A DNA stretch of 64,000 nucleotides from Candidatus Allofournierella pullicola (GCA_019114225.1 DXFW01000013.1:13260-77259), one strand, 5' to 3'; positions 40,560 through 50,463 are shown, counted from the first letter of the stretch. Made by a program: numbers and translations. Notes: generated from the letters alone by a model not told the origin.

Positions 40560-42548
40560 ATGCGATCCGGTGCGGATAAGCTGCGCAAAGATCTGAAATA
40601 CCTCACCCTGCTGGCGCGGGAGTACCCCTCCATCGCCAGCGCCTGCAGCGAGATCATCAACCTGCAGGCCATCCTCAAGCTGCCAAAGGGCACCGAGCAT
40701 TTTATGAGCGACCTCCACGGGGAGGCCGAAGCCTTCACCCACATTATGAACAACGCCTCCGGGGTCATCAAGGAAAAGGTGGACCGGGTGCTGGGGGAGG
40801 AGGTGAGCGCGGAGGAACGGGCGGAATTCGCCACCCTCATTTATTACCCGAACCGCAAGCTGGATGAGCTGAAGGCACGCCGGACCGACCTGCCCGCCTG
40901 GTACCGCCAGACCCTCTTCCGCCTCATCGACGTCTGCCGGGTGGTGTCCAGCAAGCACACCCGCAGCTTCGTGCGCAAGCGGCTGCCCAAAAACTACGCC
41001 TACATTCTGGACGAACTGCTCCACGCCCATTTCGAGGACCACGACAAGGAGTTCTATTACAGCGAGATCCTGAACAGCATTCTGGCGGTGGGCCGGGCGG
41101 ACGACTTCATCGAAGCGCTGTGCGAGCTCATCAAAACGCTGGCGGTGTTCAAGCTGCACATCCTGGGCGACATCTACGACCGGGGCCCCCGGCCGGACCT
41201 CATCATGGAGCAGCTGATGGCCCACCACTCGGTGGACATCCAGTGGGGCAACCACGACGTGGTCTGGATGGGCGCGGCGGCGGGCAGCCCCGTCTGTATC
41301 GCCACCGTGCTGCGCACCACCCTGGCCTACAACAACCTGGAAGCGGTAGAGGACGGCTACGGGATCAACACCCGCCCCCTGGCGCTTTTTGCCGAAAACA
41401 CCTACCGCGACTGCGACATCCACCATTTTTATCCTAAGGTGGACGAGAGCCGCGGACCCTACCACCGCAGCGAACTGGCCCGTGTGGCCCGCATGCACAA
41501 GGCCATCGCCGTCATCATGTTCAAGCTGGAGTGCGCCGTCATCGACCGCAACCCGGACTTTGAGCTGGAAGGGCGGGACTTTCTGCGGCGTATCGACTTT
41601 GCGGCGGGCACCGTGGAGGTGGAGGGCAAACGCTACCCCCTGCAGGACGACGACCTGCCCACCGTGGACCCGGCGGACCCCGCCCGCCTCACCCCTGCCG
41701 AGGAGGAGGTGCTGGCTTCGCTGCAGCGCTCCTTCACCGACAGCGAGCGGCTGCAGCGCCATGTGCGCTTTCTCTACGCCAAGGGCGGCGTGTACCACAT
41801 TGAGAACGGGAACCTGATGTTCCACGGTGCCATCCCCCTCACCGAGTCCGGCGGCTTCCAGGTGGAGACCTTCGAGCAGCACGGATACGCGGGCAGGGCG
41901 CTGATGGACTACTGTGACGAGCGGGCCCGGCGGGCCTATTTCTCCCCCGAGGGCAGCGAGGCCTGGCAGACCGGCTGCGACTTTTTGTGGTATCTGTGGT
42001 GCGGCAAGCTCTCGCCCCTCTACGGCCGGGCCAAGATGACCACCTTCGAGCGCCTCTTTGTGGCGGACAAAGCCACCCACGCCGAGCCCAGCAACCCCTA
42101 TTACCGCTTTGTCAACGACACCCGCATGGACCGGGCCATTCTGGCGGAGTTCGGCCTGGACCAGACCCGCAGCCACATCGTCAACGGCCATGTGCCGGTG
42201 CGGGCTGTGGAAGGGGAGACCCCGGTGAAGGGGTCCGGCCGGATGATACGGATCGACGGCGGCTTCTGCCGCGCTTACCACGAAAGGACCGGCATTGCGG
42301 GCTACACCCTGGTCTACAACAGCCGCGGCCTCTCCCTGCGGGCCCACCAGCCCTTTGAAACGGTGGAGAAGGCCATCAAAGAAAACCTGGACATCGTTTC
42401 CAGTGTGGACATGTTCGAGACCACCAAAAACCGCGTGCTGGTGGGCGACACCGACAACGGCCGCAAGCTGGCCGCCGACGTGGAGGACCTCAAGCGCCTG
42501 GTGGCCGCCTACCAGACCGGTCTTGTGAAAGAGCGCCCCGAGGGCTGA
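40560..42548 (+). CDS. fbp: Fructose-1,6-bisphosphatase class 3
   Basis: LKYLTLLAREYPSIASACSEIINLQAILKLPKGTEHFMSDLHGE, ILGDIYDRGPRPD and WGNHD are FBPase class III signatures. ATG 40560 is preferred over the track start 40497, which lies on the -10 element. Confidence 0.92.
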   Translation: MRSGADKLRKDLKYLTLLAREYPSIASACSEIINLQAILKLPKGTEHFMSDLHGEAEAFTHIMNNASGVIKEKVDRVLGEEVSAEERAEFATLIYYPNRKLDELKARRTDLPAWYRQTLFRLIDVCRVVSSKHTRSFVRKRLPKNYAYILDELLHAHFEDHDKEFYYSEILNSILAVGRADDFIEALCELIKTLAVFKLHILGDIYDRGPRPDLIMEQLMAHHSVDIQWGNHDVVWMGAAAGSPVCIATVLRTTLAYNNLEAVEDGYGINTRPLALFAENTYRDCDIHHFYPKVDESRGPYHRSELARVARMHKAIAVIMFKLECAVIDRNPDFELEGRDFLRRIDFAAGTVEVEGKRYPLQDDDLPTVDPADPARLTPAEEEVLASLQRSFTDSERLQRHVRFLYAKGGVYHIENGNLMFHGAIPLTESGGFQVETFEQHGYAGRALMDYCDERARRAYFSPEGSEAWQTGCDFLWYLWCGKLSPLYGRAKMTTFERLFVADKATHAEPSNPYYRFVNDTRMDRAILAEFGLDQTRSHIVNGHVPVRAVEGETPVKGSGRMIRIDGGFCRAYHERTGIAGYTLVYNSRGLSLRAHQPFETVEKAIKENLDIVSSVDMFETTKNRVLVGDTDNGRKLAADVEDLKRLVAAYQTGLVKERPEG

Positions 42549-42591
42549 CGAGCCCTGTTCCATAAATTTCATTCAAAAGGAGAGAACTGTT

Positions 42592-43311
42592 ATGTCTACC
42601 CCCCACAACAAGGCCGAACTGGGCCAGATCGCCAAAACCGTGCTCATGCCCGGCGACCCGCTGCGGGCCAAATTCATCGCCGAGACCTTCCTGGAAAACC
42701 CCGTGCTCTTCAACGACGTGCGCGGCATGCTGGGCTACACCGGCACCTACCAGGGCAAGCAGGTGAGCGTGATGGGCAGCGGCATGGGCATGCCCAGCAT
42801 TGGCATTTACTCCCATGAGCTCTATGCCCAGTACGGCGTGGAGAACATCATCCGGATCGGCTCCGCCGGCTCCTACACCGAAAAAGCCAAGCTCTACGAC
42901 GTGGTGCTGGCCACCGCCGCCTACTCCGAGAGCAGCTTTGCCAAGACCATGTCCGGCTTTGAGGGCGACACCACCCTGCCCAGCGCCGAGCTGAACGACC
43001 GCCTGCGCAAAAGCGCCGCCGAGCAGGGCATTCCCCTGGTGGAAGGCGTCATCCACTCCAGCGACGTGTTCTACCGCCACGATGACCGCAAAGATCCCAC
43101 CTACTGGGAAGTCCTGCGGGACGAAAAGGGCTGCGTGGCAGTGGAGATGGAGAGCTTTGCCCTCTTCCACAACGCGGCGGTGCTGGGCAAAAAGGCCGCC
43201 TGTATCCTCACCATCTCCGACAGCTTCGTCAGCCCGGAGATTACCACGCCTGAGCAGCGCCAGACCACCTTCACCAACATGATGAAGATCGCCCTGGGCG
43301 CCGCCGAATAA
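42592..43311 (+). CDS. deoD: Purine nucleoside phosphorylase, DeoD type
   Basis: VLMPGDPLRAKFIAETFLENPVLFNDVRGMLGYTGTYQGKQVSVMGSGMGMPS and VAVEMES. Confidence 0.92.
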   Translation: MSTPHNKAELGQIAKTVLMPGDPLRAKFIAETFLENPVLFNDVRGMLGYTGTYQGKQVSVMGSGMGMPSIGIYSHELYAQYGVENIIRIGSAGSYTEKAKLYDVVLATAAYSESSFAKTMSGFEGDTTLPSAELNDRLRKSAAEQGIPLVEGVIHSSDVFYRHDDRKDPTYWEVLRDEKGCVAVEMESFALFHNAAVLGKKAACILTISDSFVSPEITTPEQRQTTFTNMMKIALGAAE

Positions 43312-43326
43312 AGGAGGAACGCCCCC

Positions 43327-43737
43327 ATGACCAAACAGGAACTCATCCGTGCAGCCTTTGCCGCCCGGGAAAAAGCCTACACCCCCTATTCTCATTTCAA
43401 GGTGGGCGCGGCGCTGGAAGCCAAGGACGGCCGGGTGTTCACCGGCTGCAACATCGAAAGCGCCACCTACACCCCCACCTGCTGCGCCGAGCGCACGGCT
43501 TTGGTCAAAGCAGTGAGCGAGGGCGTGCGGGAATTCAGCCGTATCGCCATCGTGGGCTCCGCCGAGGGCAAGGTGAACACTCTGGTCACCTCTCCCTGCG
43601 GGGTGTGCCGCCAGTTCCTCTATGAGTTCGGCGGCGACGATTTGGAAGTCATCCTGGCCAAAAGCGAGGAGGACTATCTGGAGATGACCCTGGGCGAGCT
43701 TTTGCCCATCGGGTTCGGGCCGGCCAACCTGGAGTGA
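43327..43737 (+). CDS. cdd: Cytidine deaminase
   Basis: Zinc ligand motifs CAERTAL and PCGVCRQFL. 136 aa homotetrameric type. Confidence 0.92.
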   Translation: MTKQELIRAAFAAREKAYTPYSHFKVGAALEAKDGRVFTGCNIESATYTPTCCAERTALVKAVSEGVREFSRIAIVGSAEGKVNTLVTSPCGVCRQFLYEFGGDDLEVILAKSEEDYLEMTLGELLPIGFGPANLE

Positions 43738-43961
43738 AAAAGCGCTTTGCGGCGCGGAAAAACACGGTTCGTTCCGGCTGGTGTAACTTTTTGTAACTGC
43801 CCCTTTTGGCGCCAAACGATTGAAAACCGGGGCCGGGGGCTGTATACTTGTATTGCGCGGCCGGGCATGTGAGCGCCCGGCACACAAAAATCGGCTGGCC
43901 CGTCGGGCCGCACCCGCGGCGCGGCATGCCGCCGGCCGAAAAGAGAAAAGGAGAGTCAAGC

Positions 43962-45194
43962 ATGAAGAAGTTTATCGCTCTTGTTATGGCTGCGGCGATG
44001 GCTCTGTCTCTGGCTGCTTGCGGCGGCGCCCCTGCCTCCACCAGCACCCCTGCCAGCGAGCCCACCTCCGCCTCCACCCCTGCCAGCGAGCCTGAGCAGA
44101 CCGACGCTGTGTCCGCCGATGACATCGAGGACAACATGACCAGCGCCGACGGCACCTATGAGATCGCCTTCATCACCGATGTGGGCCAGCTGAAGGACAA
44201 GTCCTTCAACCAGGGCACCTACGACGGCGTCAAGCTGTACGCCGCTGCCAACGGCCTGAGCTACAAGTACTATCAGCCCGCCAACGGCGACCAGGCCACC
44301 GACGACGACCGTTACAACGCCATGAAGGCCGCTGTTGAGGGCGGCGCCAAGGTGGTCGTTTGCGCCGGCTTCATGCAGGAAGGTGCGTTGCGCCGTGCCG
44401 CCAATGAGTTCCCCGACATCCCTTTCATTTTTATCGACGGTTATCCCTTGCAGGCCAAGGCAACCGAGTATGACAACGCGGGTAATGCGCTACCCAACGA
44501 TAGCCCGATCCTGACCAATGTGGCTGCCATCGCTTTCCAGGAAGAGCAGGCCGGCTACTTCGCCGGCTACGCCGTTGTGAAGGACGGCTTTGAGAAGCTG
44601 GGCTTCTCCGGTGGCGGCGGCGGTAACAATCCCGCCTGCTGCCGCTTCGGCTATGGCTTCGTGCAGGGCGCCAACGCTGCCGCTGCCGAGTTGGGCAAGA
44701 CTGTTGATATGAACTATTCTTGGGAGCATGGAGCCAACTTCTCCGCTTCTCCTGATCTGCAGACCATGATGGAAGGCTGGTACGCCAACGGCACCGAGAT
44801 CGTGTTCGCCTGCGGTGGTTCCATGTTCCAGTCCATCTCTGCTGCTGCTTCCGCCAACGACGGCTACGTTGTGGGCGTTGACGTGGACCAGTCCGCTCAG
44901 TCCGACACCGTTGTGACCAGCGCCATGAAGGGCCTGGCCGACGCTGTGCAGTGGGCTGTTGCCAAGGTCTACGACGGCACCTTCTCCGAGATCGGCGGCG
45001 TTGCCACCAGCCTGGGCGTTGCCGAGCATGCTGTGGGCCTGCCCACCGCCGAGAGCTCCTGGCGTTTTGAGACCTTCACCGCGGAAGAGTACAACGCTCT
45101 GTACGAGCAGGTCCTGAACGGCGAGCTGACCATCGACAGCGACTACAACAACCTGGAGCAGGAGTACTCCAACCTGAACCTGAACATCATCTGA
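43962..45194 (+). CDS. BMP-family (PnrA/Med-like) ABC substrate-binding lipoprotein, probable nucleoside-binding
   Basis: MKKFIALVMAAAMALSLAACGG lipobox. ITDVGQLKDKSFNQGTYDG and VVGVDVDQS are BMP family motifs. AAAGGAGAG SD precedes ATG 43962 (the track start is 43848). Confidence 0.85.
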   Translation: MKKFIALVMAAAMALSLAACGGAPASTSTPASEPTSASTPASEPEQTDAVSADDIEDNMTSADGTYEIAFITDVGQLKDKSFNQGTYDGVKLYAAANGLSYKYYQPANGDQATDDDRYNAMKAAVEGGAKVVVCAGFMQEGALRRAANEFPDIPFIFIDGYPLQAKATEYDNAGNALPNDSPILTNVAAIAFQEEQAGYFAGYAVVKDGFEKLGFSGGGGGNNPACCRFGYGFVQGANAAAAELGKTVDMNYSWEHGANFSASPDLQTMMEGWYANGTEIVFACGGSMFQSISAAASANDGYVVGVDVDQSAQSDTVVTSAMKGLADAVQWAVAKVYDGTFSEIGGVATSLGVAEHAVGLPTAESSWRFETFTAEEYNALYEQVLNGELTIDSDYNNLEQEYSNLNLNII

Positions 45195-45214
45195 TCGTAT
45201 CTCTTGATGTGAAC

Positions 45215-45254
45215 AGCGGGGGCGAAGGCAGTTGCCTTCGCCCCCCGCTTTTTG
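45215..45254 (+). terminator. Intrinsic terminator / attenuator after the BMP lipoprotein gene
   Basis: AGCGGGGGCGAAGGCA-gt-TGCCTTCGCCCCCCGCT followed by TTTTG. A TTGTGT-17-TATAAT promoter-like element follows at 45281-45309. Confidence 0.75.
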
Positions 45255-45357
45255 CGTCGGTGAACGGGCGGGAAATTTCTTGTGTTTTGCCCGGGCCTAC
45301 GGTATAATAAAACTGTTACAAACGCACATTTTATGCGGAGGAGGCGGGACCAGAATC

Positions 45358-46902
45358 ATGCAAACCGAGAACATCATCGAGATGTTGCACATCACCAAAG
45401 AGTTCCCCGGTATCATCGCCAACGACGACATCACCCTCCAGTTGCGGCGGGGTGAGATCCACGCCCTGCTGGGCGAAAACGGCGCAGGCAAATCCACGCT
45501 GATGAGCGTGCTGTTCGGCCTGTACCAGCCGGAACAGGGCGAGATCCGCAAGAACGGCGAAGTGGTGAAGATCAACAACCCCAACGACGCCACAGCCCTT
45601 GGGATCGGTATGGTGCACCAGCACTTCAAACTGATCGACGTGTTCACCGTGCTGGACAACATCATCCTGGGCGCCGAGACCACCCGCATGGGCTTTTTGC
45701 AGAAAAAGGAAGCCCGGGCGAAGGTGCAGGCCCTCTCGGAGAAGTACGGCCTGAAGGTGGATCTGGACGCCAAGGTGGAAGACATCACCGTGGGCATGCA
45801 GCAGCGCGTGGAGATCTTGAAAATGCTCTACCGCGACAACGAGATCCTCATCTTCGACGAGCCCACCGCCGTGCTCACGCCCCAGGAGATCGACGAGCTG
45901 ATGAGCACCATGCGGGAGTTTGCCAAAGAGGGCAAGAGCATTCTTTTCATCTCCCACAAGCTCAACGAGATCATGGCCGTGGCCGACCGGGTCACCGTTC
46001 TGCGCAAGGGCAAGTACATCGGCACCGTGAACACCGCCGAGACGGACAAGCAGTCCCTCTCCAACATGATGGTGGGCCGTCCCGTGCAGCTGGAAGTGGT
46101 CAAACAGCCCGCCAAGCCCGGCGATGTGGTGCTCAAGGTGGAGAACTTCTCCATGCCCGGCAAGGGCGGCCACAAGCACAACGCCGTGAAGGACGTGAGC
46201 TTTGAGGTGCGCGCGGGCGAGATCGTGTGTATCGCCGGTATCGACGGCAACGGCCAGACCGAGTTCATCCACGGCCTCACCGGCCTGGAAAAATCGAACG
46301 GCGGCCACATCACCCTGTGCGGCAAGGACATCACCCATGCCTCCATCCGCCACCGGGGCGAGAACATGAGCCACATCCCCGAAGACCGCCACAAGCACGG
46401 CCTGGTGCTGGATTTCACCCTGGAACAGAACATGGTGCTTCAGACCTATCAGGAGCCCCGTTTCCAGAATTTTGGCTTCATCAATGACGGCGCGGTGCGC
46501 TCCTATGCCGAAAAGCTCATTGAGCAGTACGACGTGCGCAGCGGCCAGGGCCCTGTGACCATCGCCCGCAGCATGTCCGGCGGCAACCAGCAGAAGGCCA
46601 TCATCGCCCGCGAGCTGGACCGCCAGAAGCCCCTGGTGGTGGCGGTGCAGCCCACCCGCGGCCTGGACGTGGGCGCCATCGAGTACATCCACGGCCAGCT
46701 GGTGGCCCAGCGGGACGCCGGCAAGGCGGTGCTGCTGGTCAGCCTGGAACTGGACGAGGTGATGAGCCTCGCCGACCGCATTCTGGTGATGTACGAGGGC
46801 GAGATCGTGGGCGAGCTTGATCCCAAAGCCACCACGGTGCAGGAGCTGGGCCTCTACATGGCCGGCGCAAAACGAGCAAAGAAGGAGGGTGAGGGCGCAT
46901 GA
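45358..46902 (+). CDS. ABC transporter ATP-binding protein with duplicated ATPase domains (BMP/nucleoside uptake system)
   Basis: Walker A GENGAGKST, signature LSGGNQQK-type and second-domain motifs. GGAGGAGG SD precedes ATG 45358 (the track start is 45232). Confidence 0.9.
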   Translation: MQTENIIEMLHITKEFPGIIANDDITLQLRRGEIHALLGENGAGKSTLMSVLFGLYQPEQGEIRKNGEVVKINNPNDATALGIGMVHQHFKLIDVFTVLDNIILGAETTRMGFLQKKEARAKVQALSEKYGLKVDLDAKVEDITVGMQQRVEILKMLYRDNEILIFDEPTAVLTPQEIDELMSTMREFAKEGKSILFISHKLNEIMAVADRVTVLRKGKYIGTVNTAETDKQSLSNMMVGRPVQLEVVKQPAKPGDVVLKVENFSMPGKGGHKHNAVKDVSFEVRAGEIVCIAGIDGNGQTEFIHGLTGLEKSNGGHITLCGKDITHASIRHRGENMSHIPEDRHKHGLVLDFTLEQNMVLQTYQEPRFQNFGFINDGAVRSYAEKLIEQYDVRSGQGPVTIARSMSGGNQQKAIIARELDRQKPLVVAVQPTRGLDVGAIEYIHGQLVAQRDAGKAVLLVSLELDEVMSLADRILVMYEGEIVGELDPKATTVQELGLYMAGAKRAKKEGEGA

Positions 46903-48167
46903 ACGGAGGACTTTCCAAACTGTGGCAGAAGGACGGCACCAAATCGGTGCTGGCCTCGCTGATCTCCATTCTCATCGGCATGGCCGTGGGCGGCGTCATC
47001 ATCCTGGTGGTGGGCCTGGGCAATAAGAATCTGGGCCTTTCCGGCGCGTGGGAGGGCATTCGCCTGGTGTTCGGCGGCCTGTTCAGCACCGGCCGCAACG
47101 CCGCCGGCCAGCTGACCTTTGGCTTCAATCCCACCAGCGTGGGCAACATGCTCTTCCGGGCCACCCCGCTGATCCTCACCGGTCTGTCGGTGGCGGTCGC
47201 CTTCAAGACCGGCCTGTTCAACATCGGCGCCCCCGGCCAGTATCTGATGGGCACCGCTGCCACCCTCATGCTGGCGCTGGGCATTCCCACCGAAGTGGTG
47301 CCCGCTCCGCTGGTGTGGGTCATCGCCTTTTTGGGCGGCATGCTGGCGGGCGCTTTGTGGGGCTGCATTCCCGGTATCGTCAAGGCCTTCCTGAACATCA
47401 ACGAAGTGCTGGCCTGTATTATGACCAACTGGATCGCCGCCAACCTGGTGACCTGGATGTTCGACGGCAGCAATTACCGCAACCTGGTGGAGAACACCAA
47501 GAGCGGCTATATCTACAAAACCAGCTACAACGGCGTGCAGACCGCCAAACTCGGTCTGGACAAGCTGTTCCCCGGCTCTCAGGTGAACGGCGGGATCATC
47601 GTGGCCATCGTCATCGCCATTCTGGTCTACGTTCTGATGAACAAGACCACCCTGGGCTATGAGCTGAAGGCCTGCGGCGCCAACCGCCATGCGGCGCGCT
47701 ATGCCGGTATCAGCGACAAGCGAAACATCGTGCTGAGCATGGCCATCGCCGGCGCGCTGTCCGGCGCTGCCGCTTCCCTCTATTATCTTGCCGGCAACAC
47801 CGAGTTCTTCTGGTCCACCTACCAGACCCTGCCCGCCACCGGCTTCAACGGTATCCCTGTGGCCCTTCTGGCGGCCAGCAACCCCATCGGCGTCATCTTC
47901 ACCGGCTGCTTCATGTCCATGCTGGACATCGTGGGCCTGCAGCTGACCAACCTGACAGCTTACAACGAGTACATCACCGACGTCATCATCGCCGTGATCG
48001 TGTACCTCAGCGCTTTCTCGCTGGTCATCAAACTGTGGCTCAGCGGCCGCGGCAAAAAGCACAAGGCAGCCCCCGCGGAGGCTGCCGCCGCCCCGGCTCC
48101 CGCGCCGGACACACCGGCTGCCGCCCCTGACGGGGCCCAGGACGCGAAAGGAGGCGAGGCGAAATGA
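46899..48167 (+). CDS. ABC transporter permease (BMP-system, YufP-like)
   Basis: Polytopic with ATGA overlap to the ATPase gene. Typical FNIGAPGQYLMG segment. Confidence 0.85.
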   Translation: MNGGLSKLWQKDGTKSVLASLISILIGMAVGGVIILVVGLGNKNLGLSGAWEGIRLVFGGLFSTGRNAAGQLTFGFNPTSVGNMLFRATPLILTGLSVAVAFKTGLFNIGAPGQYLMGTAATLMLALGIPTEVVPAPLVWVIAFLGGMLAGALWGCIPGIVKAFLNINEVLACIMTNWIAANLVTWMFDGSNYRNLVENTKSGYIYKTSYNGVQTAKLGLDKLFPGSQVNGGIIVAIVIAILVYVLMNKTTLGYELKACGANRHAARYAGISDKRNIVLSMAIAGALSGAAASLYYLAGNTEFFWSTYQTLPATGFNGIPVALLAASNPIGVIFTGCFMSMLDIVGLQLTNLTAYNEYITDVIIAVIVYLSAFSLVIKLWLSGRGKKHKAAPAEAAAAPAPAPDTPAAAPDGAQDAKGGEAK

Positions 48168-49195
48168 CCTTTCTGATCCAACAGACTCTGACCTACGCTG
48201 TGCCTCTGATGATCGTGGCGCTGGCGGGCGTTTTCGCCGAACGCAGCGGTATCATCAACCTGGCTCTGGAAGGTATCATGATCTTCGGCGCCTTCATTGG
48301 CGTGCTGTTCGTCAACCTCACCCAGAAGGCGGGCGTCTTTGCCGAGGCAAAGGCCGCCGGCGACTGGGTGGCCCTGCAGGGCTTCATGGTGCTGGCCATG
48401 GCCGTGGCCGCTCTCATGGGCGCGGTGTTCTCGCTGCTGCTCTCCTTCGCCTCGGTGAACCTGAAGGCGGACCAGACCATCGGCGGCACCGCTCTGAACC
48501 TGCTGGCTCCCGCCCTGGTGCTCTTCTTCATCCGTATCATTGCCAACCAGAACACCCTGCAGATGGCTGAGGGCGACTCCGCCAGCTGGTTCATGATCAA
48601 GAAGAGCTTCTTTGGCTATGGCCGCGGCGATGAGATGGGCTTCTTCGGCCGCACCTTCATCGACAAGACCTATCTTGCCACCTACATCTGCATTCTGCTG
48701 TTCATCCTGCTGTCCATCCTGCTCTACAAGACCCGCTTTGGCCTGCGCCTGCGCAGCTGCGGCGAGAATCCTCAGGCAGCGGACTCCCTGGGTATCAACG
48801 TCTACGTCATGCGCTACGCCGGCACCACCATTTCCGGCGCGCTGGCCGGCATGGGCGGTTTTGTCTACGCGCTGACCACCGCCAACTGCGCCTCCACCGG
48901 CGACGTGGCGGGTTTCGGCTTCCTGGCCCTGGCCGTTATGATCTTCGGCAACTGGAAGCCCCTGAACATTGCGGGTGCGGCGCTGCTGTTCGGCCTGTTC
49001 AAGTGCATTGCCGCCTCCTACGCCAGCATTGACATCAACGGCGACGGCGTGTTCCTGCTGGCCGACCTGGGGATCAGCCCCCACTTCTACCGCATGCTGC
49101 CCTACCTCATCACCCTGCTGGTGCTGGCCTTCACGAGCAAGAAGAGCCGCGCCCCCAAGGCGGAGGGTATTCCCTACGACAAGAGCACCCGCTAA
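48164..49195 (+). CDS. ABC transporter permease (BMP-system, YufQ-like)
   Basis: Polytopic with a 4-nt overlap to the upstream permease. SGIINLALEGIMIFGAF segment. Confidence 0.85.
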   Translation: MTFLIQQTLTYAVPLMIVALAGVFAERSGIINLALEGIMIFGAFIGVLFVNLTQKAGVFAEAKAAGDWVALQGFMVLAMAVAALMGAVFSLLLSFASVNLKADQTIGGTALNLLAPALVLFFIRIIANQNTLQMAEGDSASWFMIKKSFFGYGRGDEMGFFGRTFIDKTYLATYICILLFILLSILLYKTRFGLRLRSCGENPQAADSLGINVYVMRYAGTTISGALAGMGGFVYALTTANCASTGDVAGFGFLALAVMIFGNWKPLNIAGAALLFGLFKCIAASYASIDINGDGVFLLADLGISPHFYRMLPYLITLLVLAFTSKKSRAPKAEGIPYDKSTR

Positions 49196-49223
49196 AGGCG
49201 GGCAGACTCAAAGCATGCCTTCT

Positions 49224-49256
49224 GCGGGCGCCGCGAAAACGCGGCGCCCGCTTTTC
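49224..49256 (+). terminator. Intrinsic terminator after the ABC operon
   Basis: GCGGGCGCCGCG-aaaa-CGCGGCGCCCGC followed by TTTTCC. Confidence 0.8.
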
Positions 49257-49267
49257 CTTAAAACAAA

Positions 49268-49287
49268 ATGTCAAAAACTCTTGACAC
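49268..49287. promoter_or_regulatory. Inverted repeat ATGTCAA-N5-TTGACA (operator copy 1) overlapping the -35 element
   Basis: ATGTCAAAAACTCTTGACAC. The TTGACA at 49281-49286 is also the -35 of a TTGACA-17 nt-TATGCT promoter (-10 at 49304-49309). Confidence 0.6.
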
Positions 49288-49313
49288 GAACCGCTGCCCG
49301 TGGTATGCTGATG

Positions 49314-49333
49314 ATGTCAAAAGGATTTGACAT
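49314..49333. promoter_or_regulatory. Perfect inverted repeat ATGTCAAA-AGGA-TTTGACAT (operator copy 2) just downstream of the -10
   Basis: 8+8 bp perfect palindrome with a 4-nt spacer, positioned at about +1 to +20 of the operon encoding an XRE regulator. Confidence 0.65.
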
Positions 49334-49353
49334 TTTAAAAAGGAGGCAGCGCA

Positions 49354-49689
49354 ATGGATCCTGTAACGCAAGGCATGTTCACGTGGGAAAACTTTTTCCT
49401 GATTCTGTTCGGGCTTTTTCTGCTGGGCACCATCCTTCTGGATGTGGCCATGGTGGTCTCGCTGGTGCGGGTGGGGGATGAGCGCCGCCAGCTCATCGTC
49501 TGGAAGGCCGGGGCCTTCACTCTGCTCATCACGGTGCTGACCCAGGTGTTCGACGTGGTGGAGGCGGTGGTGTTGGCCAAGAAGCTGCAATCCAACCCCT
49601 TCATTGATCTCAGCGTCACCGCGGTGACCTACTTTGTGGTGCTGCTGGTGCTGAAGAAACGGTACGGTGATTTCGAACGTGGAAAATAA
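49354..49689 (+). CDS. Small 3-TM membrane protein (111 aa), hypothetical
   Basis: AAAGGAGG SD. Three hydrophobic helices. The 3' end overlaps the start of the XRE gene. Confidence 0.6.
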   Translation: MDPVTQGMFTWENFFLILFGLFLLGTILLDVAMVVSLVRVGDERRQLIVWKAGAFTLLITVLTQVFDVVEAVVLAKKLQSNPFIDLSVTAVTYFVVLLVLKKRYGDFERGK

Positions 49690-49870
49690 GATTCGCGAAA
49701 TGCGCAGGGAAAAGGGCCTTTTGCAGGAGCAGCTGGCCAAAAAGTGCGGCGTTTCCCGCCAGACCATCAACGCCATCGAGAACAACAAATACGACCCCAC
49801 CCTGGCGCTGGCTTTCAAGCTGGCCCAGGAACTGGGCACCACCGTGGACGAGTTGTTCACACCGGGCTGA
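49667..49870 (+). CDS. XRE-family (Cro/C1-type HTH) transcriptional regulator, about 63-67 aa
   Basis: IREMRREKGLLQEQLAKKCGVSRQTINAIENNKYDPTLALAFKLAQELGTTVDELF. GTG at 49667 or 49679 is a possible start. Confidence 0.85.
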   Translation: MISNVENKIREMRREKGLLQEQLAKKCGVSRQTINAIENNKYDPTLALAFKLAQELGTTVDELFTPG

Positions 49871-49884
49871 GGGGGAGAAAACAC

Positions 49885-50454
49885 ATGCACCGCTTTTTTG
49901 CCTCCACCAAAAACACCCGGGCCATCCTGCCGGGCAGCCTGCGCTACATCCGCAGCGACGTGCCTTTGCGGGTGACCGAGGAAGAAAAACAGTGGCTCAT
50001 CGGCCACAACATCACCACGGCGGTGGACCTGCGCACAGAGCGGGAGCGGGCGGCAAAGCCCTGCCCTCTGGAGCAGGACGGGCGCTTTCACTATCTGCGC
50101 TTGCCTGTGACCGGCGGCGACGTCCTTCCCGAAAGCCCCGCAGAGGTGGCTCAGTCCTACATCAACATGGCGGACGGGCAGATGGAATATATCCTGGAAA
50201 CCATTTCCGAAGCACCGGGCAACGTGCTCTTCTTCTGCACCGCCGGCAAAGACCGCACCGGCGTGGTGGCGGCCCTGCTGCTGCGGCGGGCCGGCTGTTC
50301 CGAGGAATACATCCTGCAGGACTATCTCCTCTCAGGCCAAAACCTTGCCGCCGACCTGGAACAGTATGCCCGGTCAAATCCCGGTGTCGATCTGGCAGTC
50401 ATCACTCCCCGCCGCGAAACGATGGAGCGGTTCCTCCACTCCGTCACCCTTTGA
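49885..50454 (+). CDS. Protein-tyrosine phosphatase (Y_phosphatase3-like, CX5R)
   Basis: Active-site FFCTAGKDRTGVVAALLL (C-x5-R). GGGGGAGAA SD precedes ATG 49885 (the track start is 49744). Confidence 0.8.
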   Translation: MHRFFASTKNTRAILPGSLRYIRSDVPLRVTEEEKQWLIGHNITTAVDLRTERERAAKPCPLEQDGRFHYLRLPVTGGDVLPESPAEVAQSYINMADGQMEYILETISEAPGNVLFFCTAGKDRTGVVAALLLRRAGCSEEYILQDYLLSGQNLAADLEQYARSNPGVDLAVITPRRETMERFLHSVTL

Positions 50455-50463
50455 AGGAATTTC

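Noticed and set aside
43738-43961. Possible riboswitch in the ~105-nt GC-rich leader of the BMP/ABC nucleoside uptake operon (promoter TTGAAA-17-TATACT, hairpins GCCGGGC/GCCCGGC and GGCATGCC).
   Set aside because: I found no match to purine, 2'-dG, PreQ1 or ZTP core motifs, and the hairpins are generic GC stems. This would need cmscan or covariation to revisit.
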